From assembly GCA_963822965.1 (NCBI GenBank), contig CAWGJT010000009.1, positions 1 through 64,000 on the forward strand: DNA of 64,000 nt. Reading direction: 5' to 3'. The notes beneath the pieces are model-generated. The model ran no database searches. It saw nothing but the letters and a program-made list of their open reading frames with translations, and was not told the DNA's origin. This stretch comes from an uncultured delta proteobacterium (GTDB lineage: Bacteria; Myxococcota_A; UBA9160; UBA4427). Positions within the stretch are counted from its first letter, which is position 1, and the number at the start of each line of letters is the position of its first letter. Of the stretch, positions 20,777 through 30,605 are shown piece after piece. The position numbers and the translations under genes were made by a program.

Positions 20777-21994
20777 ATGAAGGAGCACATCGTCGCGCCC
20801 GCCGCGGCGGCGACGGCCTGCCTGCTGATGCTGCTGGCCCTGCAGCTGCAGGCCGAGCCGCTCTCCCCGCAGTCCCTGGCCAACCGACACTTCGCGGAGA
20901 CGCCGAGCTACGCCACCGCGCTGGCCGAGCTGAACCGCGCCTGGCCACCCGGATATCCGACCCTGCTCTGGTGCGCGACCGCGCTGGGCATGCCCCTAGG
21001 AGCGGTGAACCCGCTGCTGCTGCTCGCCACCCTCGCGCTCCTGGTCCCGGTGACCCGCCGGGTGGCGCCCGGCGTCCACCCGGCGTGGGGCATCGCCCTG
21101 TACGCGGCGGGGAGCTTCCACGCCTTCAACCTGCACCAGCTCGTCTCGGAGGCCCTGCTGATCCCCCTGGCGCTGTGCGCGCTGCTCTGCGCGCTGCGCT
21201 GCATCGATCTCGATCGCCTCGCGGACCGGGCTCTGCTGTGCGCCACCCTGGCCGCCTGCTGCCTCACGCGGTACTTCGCGCTCGTGTGGCTGCTGCCCGC
21301 CTTCGGCGCGGCCATGGTGCTGCAACCGGCCGACGGCGGGCGGGCCCCGCTCGCCCGCCGCGTGGGCCGGGCGGCCGGCGTCGTCGGAATCGCCGTTCTC
21401 CCGGTCGCCCTGTGGATGCTGCACGCGCGGCTCACGACGGGATACCTCACGGGCATGGAGCGATTCGCACCGCGCGGCTTCAGCGACAAGACGTCGCTCA
21501 CCGGCAACCTGCTCCTCACCGGGCAGACCGTCCTGCTCGACTGGCTCGCACCGGGAACGGACGCCTCCCACGCGGCGGTGGGCTCGGGGGGCACGTTCGA
21601 CCCGCTGGGCCTCTCCCTGGCGGCGACGGCGATCGGGCTCGCCGGCTGGTGCGGGGCGACGGCGCTTCGCACGCCCGCCCCGACGGGCGGGCGGCCGGGC
21701 GTGCTCTGGTGGCTGCTGCCGGCCCTGTCCGTCGGCTACGTGGTGGTCCTGGTCGTCGTCTGGACGCTGGGCAACAATGATCCGATCTACAGCCGCTTCC
21801 TCTATCCGTCCTACGTGTTCTTCGTGCTGGCCGGCTTCCACGTCCACTCGCACGTGAAGCGCGCCCACCCGCCGGGCAGCGCTGGCCGCGGCGGCGCGCT
21901 GCTGCCGTTCCGGCTGCTGTATGCGCTGCTCCTCGCGAGCCTCGGCGCGGGCACCCTCGTCTCCGCGTCGCGGATCTGGGGGACGGTCTCGTGA
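20777..21994 (+). CDS. Polytopic membrane protein, probable GT-C fold
   Basis: WPPGYP, LVSEAL, LTRY and SRFLYP motifs among about ten hydrophobic segments. Confidence 0.6.
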   Translation: MKEHIVAPAAAATACLLMLLALQLQAEPLSPQSLANRHFAETPSYATALAELNRAWPPGYPTLLWCATALGMPLGAVNPLLLLATLALLVPVTRRVAPGVHPAWGIALYAAGSFHAFNLHQLVSEALLIPLALCALLCALRCIDLDRLADRALLCATLAACCLTRYFALVWLLPAFGAAMVLQPADGGRAPLARRVGRAAGVVGIAVLPVALWMLHARLTTGYLTGMERFAPRGFSDKTSLTGNLLLTGQTVLLDWLAPGTDASHAAVGSGGTFDPLGLSLAATAIGLAGWCGATALRTPAPTGGRPGVLWWLLPALSVGYVVVLVVVWTLGNNDPIYSRFLYPSYVFFVLAGFHVHSHVKRAHPPGSAGRGGALLPFRLLYALLLASLGAGTLVSASRIWGTVS

Positions 21995-24250
21995 GCCGGT
22001 AACCCGAGCCTCGGGCAGCGACGCCGAGGGCGACGGCGGCGAGCGCGTTCTGCTCGTGTCCCTGGCGGTGCTGCTGCCGCCCGTGCTCCTGCGCCTGCGG
22101 CTGCTGCTGGATGCCGGTGCCGCGATCGGCCCGGCCGACGCCGCCGGCTGGCTCGCGGATCTCGGGGTCTCGGGCGTCGTGCTCGCCGTGGTGCTCGTGT
22201 GCCTGCGCGCCGGGTCCTGGCTGGGCCTCGCCGCCGTCACCGCGTGGATCGCCGCGAACCTCGTGAGCTACGAGTCGATCCGCGCCCTCGACGCCCTGCC
22301 CTCGTTCCGGGACGCCTCGTATCTCGCCGATCCCACCTTCGTCGCGGGCTCGGGTCTGGGTGCGCTCTCGGGGGGGATCGCGCCCTGGATGCTCGGCGGC
22401 GCGCTGGTGTTCGCCTGGCTGGGACGCCGAGCGAAGGCCAGGCCGCGAACCGTGCTGCTGGGCGCTGGCGGCGGGAGCCGCTGCTGCTCGGGCTCCACAC
22501 CCGGCTCGCCTGGCGACCCGACCTCGCCGACTGGCGCCAGACCCACGCGCTGCTGCAGAACGTCGTCGACGCCGCCGAGGTCGCGCCGGCGCCGCCGCAG
22601 ACTCCCGATCTCGAGACCGTCACCGCGGCCCTCGCCGCGAATCTCGACGGTGCGCCGACCCTCGGCACGCGGCCCGCCGCCCCCAACGTGCTGCTCGCTC
22701 CTCATCGAGTCCATGTCCGGCGCCTACCTGCCCTCGCTGGCCGCCGCCCACGGCCGCGAGGTCGCACCGTCCTCCATGCCCCGGCTCGACGCCTTCGCGC
22801 GCCGGCACCTGGCGTTCTCGACCTTCGTCGTCCACCAGGTGAACACCAACCGCGGCCTCTACGCGGCCCTGTGCGGCGACCTCCCAAGCTGCTGCCGGGC
22901 ACGCCGAAGATGTCCGTCCACGCCGCCCGCGGCATCGACACCTGCCTGCCCGGCCTGCTGCGGGACGCGGGCTACCACACCGCCTACCTGCAGGCGGCCC
23001 CGCTGGCCTTCATGCTGAAGGACCAGTTCATGCCGCGAATCGGCTTCGAGCAGGTCTTCGGCGCGGGAAGCTTCGAGAAGCGCCAGCGCCCGCAGCGCCT
23101 GGGGCGTGGACGACGGAACCCTGCTGGAGCGCGGCGTCGAGCTGGTGTCGGAGCTGCGGCGCGCGGGCGGGCCCTGGTTCCTGCGACGATGCTCACGGTG
23201 GGCACCCACCATCCGTACCTGGTGCCTCCGGACTTCGAGCCCGAGCACGGACGACGACTTCGAGCGGGCCGTCGCCTACGCGGACCTCGAGGTGGCGCGC
23301 TTCCTGGACGCGCTCGAAGCCATGGGGGTGCTCGAGGACACCCTGGTGCTCGTCACCAGCGACGAGTCGCGGGGACTGCGAGGCGCGGGCGACCCCCTCT
23401 CCCAGTCGTGAGCCAGGGGTGGGGCCTGCTGGTGGCGGCGGGGCCCGGCATCGACCCCGGCCTCGTGAGCACGCCCTTCGCCCTCTCCGACCTGCCGCTG
23501 TCGGTGCTCGACTACCTGTCCCTGGGCGAGACCGGACGGCGCGCGGGGCTGCTGGGACGCAGCGTCTTCCGCGCGCCCTCCCATCCTCGCTACGTCTTCT
23601 TCGGCAACACCCGCCGCGACGCGGTAGGCGCCATCGATCCCCAGGGCCGGCTGCTCCTGTGCCGCCGCCACTTCCGCTCCTGCGAGGGCTTCCGGGTGCC
23701 CGACGGCGCCTTCGGGGCGCGGCGCATTCCGATCCCGTGGGCGCCCGACCGCGGCGGAATCCTGGCGGCCGCCGCGCGGTGGAGCCTGACCAGCGGACCG
23801 CCTCCCGAAGCCAGCGCGTCCATCGAGCTGATGGCCGACCGCCGGGTTCCGCTGGACCAGGACGAGACGCGGCTCCTCCACGGGGGTCAGAACGTCGAGC
23901 TGATGGCGGGTCAGTGGCTCGAGGTGGAGCTGTCGCTGCGGGTCGAGGGAGACAACGAGGTCGAGCTGGAGCACATCCTGCGAGATCCCCTGCACGTCCA
24001 CCTCGACCAGAAGCGAACGATCCCCGCCGGCGGCGAGTACCACCTCGCGTACACGTTCGTGCCCGGCAAGCCCGTGGACAAGATCCAGTGCATGTCGACG
24101 GCGCGACCCCTGGACGGCGTGCGCCCGGGCGCTGCCCTCGACTTCTCCGTGGCGCGCATGCACGTGCGATCCACGGGCGAGCGACCGCCTCCGGGTCTCC
24201 ACTTCCTGCGAGACGACGTCGTGCCCCGGGGCGAGAGCCCGCGGCTACCA
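21991..24250 (+). CDS. LTA synthase / phosphoglycerol-transferase-like membrane protein; multiple frameshifts, both ends approximate
   Basis: N-terminal TMs, then PNVLL/LIESMSG, VNTNRG (Thr), TVGTHHPY, YAD..LVLVTSDES spread over two frames. Confidence 0.65.
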
Positions 24251-25252
24251 GCCGCGCAGGTCCACCGGCCAGCTCTCGAGCACCGTCTCGCCCGAGAAGA
24301 CGTGCAGCTGCTCGTGGTAGGCGATGGTCGGGTCGACGTGGCCGGGAACCAGGCGCACGCGGTCGCCCACGGCGACCGCGTGCCCTCGTCGGGCGCGAAC
24401 GTGACGTGCTCGTCGGAGCAGAACCACAGCTTGCCGCCCTCCAGCGGTCGGGATTGCCGTGGTCCATGCCCAGGGACTTGAGCCCGCCGTCGGCCACCGC
24501 GTAGCGCTCGGAGACCGAGATGACCGTGCACCACAGGAAGAGCGCCTGCTGGAGCGGCAGCTCGAGCTTCGCGTAGGCGGTGTCCATCAGCGCGTAGGAG
24601 CCGGCCTGGATCTCCGTCGCCCAGCGGTTGCAGTCGTACGTGCCGGTGCCGCCGGCCGAGACGACGTCTCCACCCACCTGCGCGTGGGCGCGCAGCAGCA
24701 GCGACATGCTCTCCTCGCAGCCGGCCTGCCGGGCCGCGCGGTCCGGGTTGCCGACCACGTGCCCCTCGTAGCCCATCACGCCGCGCACGCCGAGGCCTTC
24801 CTCGCCGCGCGAGATCGGCCAGCGGCCCCGCGCGTTCGACCGCACAGCCGCAGCGCGGGAAGACCGACGTTGACGTCGACCAGCACCTCGCGCACGCCCG
24901 CGCGCGCCGCCGCCCGGATCGTCTCCTCGGAATCGACCGCGACGGTGACCCGCGCGTCGAGAGCGGCGAGGCGCTGGAGGCGCTCGGGATCGACCACCTC
25001 GTTCGCCAGCAGCAGGTCGTCCCCGAGCCCGGCCCGCGCCATCCCGACCATCTCGCGCACCGTGGCGCACGTGAAGGCCCGGTGGCCCCGCTCGGCCTGC
25101 CGCTTCGCCAGCGCCGTGCACTTGTGGGCCTTCACGTGCGGCCGCAGGCGCGCGCCCGGCAGCGCGGCGCTGAACGTCGCGAGGTTCGCGTCGAGGGCGG
25201 CCGCGTCGACCAGCAGGGCGGGGGTTCCGAGATCGTGGATGCTGCGCGCCAT
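24245..25252 (-). CDS. DSD1 / D-threonine aldolase-like PLP-dependent enzyme (fold type III), frameshifted
   Basis: TPALLVD, RPHVKAHKC, MGYEGH, SAGGTGT, EIQAGSY, SDEH, PGHVDPT, C-terminal VDLRGW. Confidence 0.85.
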
Positions 25253-25420
25253 GAGGGCCCTCCGCCGGGGGATCGTAGGGGTCGAGCGCTCCGGATCGCC
25301 AGCCGCGGCGAGAAGGTCGCGAAGAGGCGCTGCGATCGGCCCGCCGCAGCGGGGTGCTTCGGCGGCGTCCGGGCTACATTCCGTCGCCGTGAGCGTCCCC
25401 CTCCCCGCTTCCTGCAGCTG

Positions 25421-26365
25421 ATGCGCACCCCGCTCGTCCGCCGCGTCGCCGCCGTCCTTCTGGCGCTCGCCGTCTCCGGGGCCGCCCGGGTGGCGGACGC
25501 GCATGCGCACCTCGATCGTTCGGAGCCCGCGGCGGGCAGCACCGTCGAGACCGCACCCACCCGGGTACGGGTGTGGTTCTCCGAGTCCGTCGACGGAGCC
25601 GTCAGCGGGCTGTCCGTGCTCGACGCGACGGGCACGGCCGTCGACCGGAACGACAGCGCACGAGACGGTGCGGACGAAAAGCTCGTCTCCGTGTCGCTCC
25701 CGGCCGATCTGCCGGAAGGCGTGTACACCGTTCAGTGGAGGGCGGTCACCGGGGACGACGGTGCTCGCACGTCGGGCGAGTTCCAGTTCGGGGTGGGAGA
25801 GGCGGCTCCGGCACCCGCCCCGGCGACGTCCGTCCCCTGGGGCGGCATCGATGCCGGCGTTCGCATCGACGAGCCCGCAGACGGTGCGCGCGTGCAAGGC
25901 CCCGACGTGCCGCTCGCGATCCACTTGCGGGGCGTCACCCTGATCGCGATGGGATCGCAGGACGCGCCAGCACCGGGAACCCTCGGCGGACACCTCCACG
26001 TCTCGGCCGACGGCACGATGATCGGCATGGTCCCGACCGGGACGGGGCTGGTGCTGCGCAACCTGGCGAACGGGCCCCACGAGATCGCCGTCGAGATCGC
26101 GGCCCCCGACCACCTGCCCTATGACCCGCCCATCGAGGCCCGGGCGCGGATCACGGTCACCGGCAGCACCGGCACGGGAGCCGTGACCCTGACGGCCGGC
26201 GGCGTCCGAGCCGTCACGACCCCGCCGCCCAGCGGGCTGGCGGCCAGCCTCCCGACCTGGCCGGTGACGGCCGGGGTCCTGTTGGTGGCGCTCCTCGCAC
26301 TCGGCACCATCGCCTGGAAGGTCACGTCGCGCTGGGCGCCGCCCGAAGACGGCGAAGACGGCTGA
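25421..26365 (+). CDS. CopC-like domain fused to a His-containing (DUF4399-like) domain and a C-terminal TM anchor
   Basis: Signal peptide then HAHLDRSEP, WFSESV, GVYTVQWRAV; second domain GHLHV..GPHEI..DH; hydrophobic tail. Confidence 0.75.
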   Translation: MRTPLVRRVAAVLLALAVSGAARVADAHAHLDRSEPAAGSTVETAPTRVRVWFSESVDGAVSGLSVLDATGTAVDRNDSARDGADEKLVSVSLPADLPEGVYTVQWRAVTGDDGARTSGEFQFGVGEAAPAPAPATSVPWGGIDAGVRIDEPADGARVQGPDVPLAIHLRGVTLIAMGSQDAPAPGTLGGHLHVSADGTMIGMVPTGTGLVLRNLANGPHEIAVEIAAPDHLPYDPPIEARARITVTGSTGTGAVTLTAGGVRAVTTPPPSGLAASLPTWPVTAGVLLVALLALGTIAWKVTSRWAPPEDGEDG

Positions 26366-26367
26366 CC

Positions 26368-27594
26368 CTACGGCGCTTCCGGGACGGCCGCCTGCGGGCC
26401 CGCGGGCAGTAGCGCATCGGCGATCCGCTCCGCCGCCAGGCGATTGCCCGCCGGCGAGAGGTGCATGGCGTCGAGGAAGAGCGGGCCGAGGCGATCCTTC
26501 GCGTCGAGGAGCGGCGGCAGCAGGTCGAGATGGGGGATGCGCTCGGCTTCGAGGAAGCGGACGAGCTCGCGGGTCAGCGGATTGTCCCGCAGCGCGGGGG
26601 CGTCGCCGAGCTGGGCGCGGAAGGGCGCCAGCACCACCGCGAATCCGGCGCCGGCGGCCCGCGCATGCCGATTCGCCTCGCGCAGGATCTGCTCGACGAG
26701 TCGCACCTTGTAGTGGCTGCGGGGCGTCGGGACCAGCAGGCCGCCCCGGCGCGCGAAGTAGGCCGGGCGGGCGTCCCCCGGCTGGAGGAAGTCCAGGGCT
26801 GCATACCTCGAAAAGTCGACGTCCTGCGCGGCGAGACGCCGGCGGTTGTCCGCCAGGATGCCGTTCCGGCTGGCCTCGCCCGAGCGCGCCTCACCCGAGC
26901 GCGCCTGGGCGAACGCCGCCACCAGGTAGCTGTTGTGCCGCAGCCAGAGGCCCAGGCGTTGCCAGGGCGAGAGCTGGAAGCGATCGAGGCGAAGCGCGCC
27001 GCTCTCGCGATCCAGATGGAAGAGGTTCGCCGGATAGGCGGCGGCGCTGTCGGGGAAGTAGCTGTCCTCCACGTCGTTGGCGAGGGTGAAGACGAGCAGG
27101 ACGCGATCCGGGTGATAGGCCAGCACCTCCGCGTCGAGCAGCATCAGCTCCTGCGCCGTCCCGAAGCCGGCGACGCCGAAGTTCAGCACCTCGAGCCCGG
27201 GTCGCAAGGCGGCCAGCGCGTCGCACAGGGTCTCGCCCTGGGGCACGCCGAAGCCCCAGACGAGGCTGTCCCCCAGCACCGCGACCCGGCTCCGGCCCGG
27301 CGTTCGCTCGAGGGGCACCTCGGGCCCGCGCAGGCCGCGGGAGTTCGTCTCGTAGCGGATGCCGCGATAGGTCCCGGAGAATCTCGGCTTGTGGAAGAGC
27401 CCCACCTGCGGATGGAAGCGGTAGAACTGCAGGCCGTCGTCGCCGCTCGCGGGGTCGCGAGACGTGAGGCCGGGATCGCGCCAGGCCAGCAGGGCCTCGG
27501 CAGCCGCGACGAGCCCGGCCACGGCGAGGAGCGCCAGCAACGGCAGCGCGAGGCGGGCGTGCCGCGCGATCCGGGGGCTCACGGCGCGGCGCAC
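26368..27594 (-). CDS. SGNH/GDSL hydrolase family protein, membrane-anchored
   Basis: TNSRGLRG, LGDSLVWG, NFGVAGFG, ND, DAMHLSPAGN. Confidence 0.85.
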   Translation of the reverse strand: MRRAVSPRIARHARLALPLLALLAVAGLVAAAEALLAWRDPGLTSRDPASGDDGLQFYRFHPQVGLFHKPRFSGTYRGIRYETNSRGLRGPEVPLERTPGRSRVAVLGDSLVWGFGVPQGETLCDALAALRPGLEVLNFGVAGFGTAQELMLLDAEVLAYHPDRVLLVFTLANDVEDSYFPDSAAAYPANLFHLDRESGALRLDRFQLSPWQRLGLWLRHNSYLVAAFAQARSGEARSGEASRNGILADNRRRLAAQDVDFSRYAALDFLQPGDARPAYFARRGGLLVPTPRSHYKVRLVEQILREANRHARAAGAGFAVVLAPFRAQLGDAPALRDNPLTRELVRFLEAERIPHLDLLPPLLDAKDRLGPLFLDAMHLSPAGNRLAAERIADALLPAGPQAAVPEAP

Positions 27595-27704
27595 CGCGTT
27601 CCGCAGCTCATCTGCGGGCCCGAACCGGGGCCTGTATGCGTGCCGGCTTGTGGATGCGAGACTCCCGCATCGCTTCCGTGTTGGATCTCCCGGGAGATCT
27701 GTGA

Positions 27705-28712
27705 ATGGGACTCGTGCAACGTAGCATCCGCCACCGCACCGGGATCGCGCTCGCTTGCGCGCTCGCCGTCTGGGCGCCGGCGGCGTCGGCGTCGGCGGCC
27801 GACGAGCTCGGGCCGGGCACCCACGATCTGCGGGTGCGCGTCGGCGGAGCGGAGCGCAGCTATCTCCTGCACCTGCCTCCCGAGCCCCGCGTCGGCCGTC
27901 CCCTGCCGCTGGTGCTCGCGTTCCACGGGGGCGGCGGTCGCGCCTCGGTCTTCGAGCGCTACGCGGGGCTCGACCCGGTGGCAGACCGCGAACGCTTCGC
28001 GGTGGTCTACCCCGACGGCAGCGGGCGCCTGGGAAGGCGGCTCCTCACCTGGAACGCCGGCGCCTGCTGTGGCTTCGCCATGCGCGAGGGCGTGGACGAC
28101 GTCGCCTTCGCGCGGGCCCTGGTGGCGGAGGTCTCGCGGCTCGTGCCGATCGATGCCTCCCGGGTGTACGCGACGGGGCACTCGAACGGGGCCATGATGG
28201 CCTACCGCCTGGCCGCCGAGGCGCCCGAGCTGCTGGCGGCCGTCGCAGCCGTGGGCGGGGTCATGAACCTCGAGGTGTTCGACCCGAGCCAGCCCGTCCC
28301 CGTCCTGCACGTCCACAGCGTCGACGATCCGCGGGCCCTCTATGCGGGCGGCCTCGGGCCGCCCTTCCCGCTCACCCGCCAACGCGTCCTGCACAAGGCC
28401 GTCGAGACGGAGCTCGCGCGCTGGATCGCCCGAAACGGCTGTCCCGAGGATCCCGTGGTGCTCGAAGAGCGTCGGGAAGAGGCGACGGGATTCACCGCGA
28501 AGCACCTGCGCTTCGCGCCCTGTACGAGCGGTGCGGACGTCGAGCTGTGGCGACTCACCGGGGCGGGGCACGGCTGGCCCGGAGGCGACGCCGTGCTTCC
28601 CGAGCGCGTGGTGGGCCCGGATACGAAGGTGATCGACGCGGCGGAGGAGGCGTGGCGCTTCTTCGCACGCTTCGCGCGGGACCGCACCGCGTCGTCGCCG
28701 GCGGCGCGCTGA
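27705..28712 (+). CDS. Secreted PHB-depolymerase / LpqC-family esterase
   Basis: Signal peptide, FHGGGG, VYPDG, WNAGACC, GHSNG nucleophile elbow, GHGWPG. Confidence 0.88.
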   Translation: MGLVQRSIRHRTGIALACALAVWAPAASASAADELGPGTHDLRVRVGGAERSYLLHLPPEPRVGRPLPLVLAFHGGGGRASVFERYAGLDPVADRERFAVVYPDGSGRLGRRLLTWNAGACCGFAMREGVDDVAFARALVAEVSRLVPIDASRVYATGHSNGAMMAYRLAAEAPELLAAVAAVGGVMNLEVFDPSQPVPVLHVHSVDDPRALYAGGLGPPFPLTRQRVLHKAVETELARWIARNGCPEDPVVLEERREEATGFTAKHLRFAPCTSGADVELWRLTGAGHGWPGGDAVLPERVVGPDTKVIDAAEEAWRFFARFARDRTASSPAAR

Positions 28713-28719
28713 GCCGCCG

Positions 28720-29223
28720 TCAGGCCTCGATCTTGCGCATCGCTTCGTCGAGCGCACGGCCGTAGAGCCGATCGACGAGCTCCTGCTGGGCTTCGCTCAG
28801 ATTGCTGAAGCGGATGCCCATGCCCTGCCGATCGCTCCGCATGTCGGCGCCGGCGTTGACGCTCGAGACCTCGCCCGTCAGCTCGTGGGTCTCCCCCGTC
28901 TCCTGCACGTGGATTCGCAGCTTGAACGGCGTGCCGATGGGAAGCGGATACTCGGTGGCGACGAAGACCCCGCCTCGCGAGATGTTGGTCATCAGGCTCT
29001 GCTGGAGCTTGCCGTAGGATTCGAAGCTCACCCGCAGCTGCGAAGGCACGCGCAGCGAGGCCTGCTTGTCGACGTGCTCGCGACGCAGGTCGGGGTGGAA
29101 GTGCTGGGACAGGACGCGCTTCAGATGGGTCCAGCGCTCGAGCTGCTCGACCGAGAGTCCCCCGTCCTCTCGCAGCCTCTCCAGACGACCGTACTCGCGA
29201 AAGATCGGGAGGATGTTTTCCAT
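28720..29223 (-). CDS. PilZ domain protein
   Basis: QASLR..NISRGGVFV..GMGIRF PilZ signature. Confidence 0.8.
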   Translation of the reverse strand: MENILPIFREYGRLERLREDGGLSVEQLERWTHLKRVLSQHFHPDLRREHVDKQASLRVPSQLRVSFESYGKLQQSLMTNISRGGVFVATEYPLPIGTPFKLRIHVQETGETHELTGEVSSVNAGADMRSDRQGMGIRFSNLSEAQQELVDRLYGRALDEAMRKIEA

Positions 29224-29283
29224 GAGCGATACATCGGTCGTTCGCCCGCCCCGGTTGAAGCCGCCTGGATGCAGTCCCCATCG

Positions 29284-30066
29284 CTATCGCTGCTGCAGGC
29301 AGTCCCGGCACAGGGTGTTCCGGGACAGCCCCTTCTCGGTCATCCCGACGAAGGCCCGGGAGCCCGGGGGGATGGAGCGGCCGCAGTCCCCGCAATCCTG
29401 ACGCTGGTTGAGGACCAGCGGCTGCCAGCCGATCACGTCGGGGAACACGGGACGTTCGCGAGGGGGCTCCGGGCCCCGTTCGGCCTGCTCGTCCTTGCGG
29501 ATCTCCGCGTCGGCGACGTCCGCCCAGCTGCGGGACCGCTCGTCGCGGTAGCTGCGGGGTTCGCGATCCGGGCGACGGGAGTCCCGGCGGCGGCGGATGC
29601 GGCTGCGCGTCGCCTCCGCCTCTTCGAGCACGTCCTCGAACAGGTCGCCCACGTCGTCCGAGACGCTCTCCACCACGGTGAAGACCTCCTCCAGCACGTT
29701 GCGGACCAGGTTCGAGGTGGGGACCCGCAGGTCCTCGGCCAGGCGGCGGATGTCCTCGGAGAGCTGCTCCGAGATGCGGGTGTGGAGCACGCGCTCCTTG
29801 CGGCCGTGCCTGCGCGCGTGTCGATGGCGGCGTTCTTCCATGCGTTCTGCCCTCCTGCGCCCGCGGGCGCGATGCCGCTCCTCGCGGCTCGACTCCCTGC
29901 CGGCTTCGTCCTCCGGCGGCCGATCGCCGCGCCGCCCGGCGCAGCCGCCGGGGCCATGAGCCTGGGAATCGCGCTGGTGCTCGTTGTCGGACCCGGCCTC
30001 CCTCCCCCTCGGGGGCTCAGGCTTCGCGGGTCCGTGTTCGGGTCGGTCGGAGTCGGAGTCATTCAT
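29284..30066 (-). CDS. Uncharacterised protein with ribbon-helix-helix-like segment and C-terminal CxxC..CxxC motif
   Basis: KERVLHTRISEQLSEDIRRLAEDLRVPTSNLVRNVL fits a strand-helix-helix pattern; CGDC...CRDC at the C-terminus. Confidence 0.65.
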   Translation of the reverse strand: MNDSDSDRPEHGPAKPEPPRGREAGSDNEHQRDSQAHGPGGCAGRRGDRPPEDEAGRESSREERHRARGRRRAERMEERRHRHARRHGRKERVLHTRISEQLSEDIRRLAEDLRVPTSNLVRNVLEEVFTVVESVSDDVGDLFEDVLEEAEATRSRIRRRRDSRRPDREPRSYRDERSRSWADVADAEIRKDEQAERGPEPPRERPVFPDVIGWQPLVLNQRQDCGDCGRSIPPGSRAFVGMTEKGLSRNTLCRDCLQQR

Positions 30067-30101
30067 GTGACACATCGTGACACGTTGTATCACGGTGTCA
30101 A
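30067..30101 (-). promoter_or_regulatory. Putative leaderless sigma70 promoter overlapped by four GTGACAC-like boxes
   Basis: TTGACA (30101-30096), 16 nt, CACGAT (30079-30074), 7 nt, ATG (30066); boxes at 30067, 30077, 30087 and 30095. Confidence 0.55.
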
Positions 30102-30139
30102 CGCAGCAATCTTCCTGCGGTGCCCGACCCCGGACCGGG

Positions 30140-30457
30140 TCAGTTGAGGCGCCGGCTCCGGCAGTAGCGACCTTCGCGGAAGGCGTCGAAGTACTGGCCC
30201 AGCAGGGGGTGCTCGATGGGCTCCGGGCTCGGATCGAGCTCGAGATGGCGCTCGGCCACGTAGGTGGTGTGCTCGGCCTCGTGGACCAGCACGTGGTACC
30301 AGGGACGATCCCGAGGCGGTCGCGAGCGCGCCACCTCGTGGTACCACTCCTCGGTCCCCTGGTAGCTCGCGTCGACGTCGACGATCACGCCGCGATAGTC
30401 GAAGCGCAGGTGATGCACCAGCTGCCCGATGTCGAACTTCGCCTTGGCCGAGCTCAT
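30140..30457 (-). CDS. hspQ: Heat shock protein HspQ (YccV family)
   Basis: AKFDIGQLVHH..YRGVIVDVD, PWYHVLV, TTYVAE, IEHP. Confidence 0.92.
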   Translation of the reverse strand: MSSAKAKFDIGQLVHHLRFDYRGVIVDVDASYQGTEEWYHEVARSRPPRDRPWYHVLVHEAEHTTYVAERHLELDPSPEPIEHPLLGQYFDAFREGRYCRSRRLN

Positions 30458-30485
30458 ACCGCCACCTGCGCAAGCACCCCGTACC

Positions 30486-30605
30486 CGAACCCGGCCCGCG
30501 CGATCATGCGAATCTGGCCCGCGCGGTCCAAAGCCCGAATCCGGCCCGCGCGATCCAAAGCCCGAATCCGGCCCGCGCGATCATGCGAATCCGGCCCGCG
30601 CGATC
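30486..30605. repeat. Five tandem copies of a 20-bp core, CGAATCCGGCCCGCGCGATC
   Basis: Copies start at 30486, 30509, 30536, 30563 and 30586; linkers ATG, CAAAGCC, CAAAGCC, ATG. Confidence 0.92.

Noticed and set aside
24776..26113. Long N-terminal extension of the DSD1-like enzyme
   Set aside because: The extension is antisense to the CopC gene; the recognisable family sequence starts at the ATG at 25252.
26872..26906. 15-bp duplication (ARSGE twice) in the SGNH gene
   Set aside because: A small in-frame duplication in a probable loop with no sign of function.
30486..30605. Mini-CRISPR or replication iterons
   Set aside because: Linkers are only 3-7 bp and repeated. There is no cas or rep gene and no AT-rich origin nearby.
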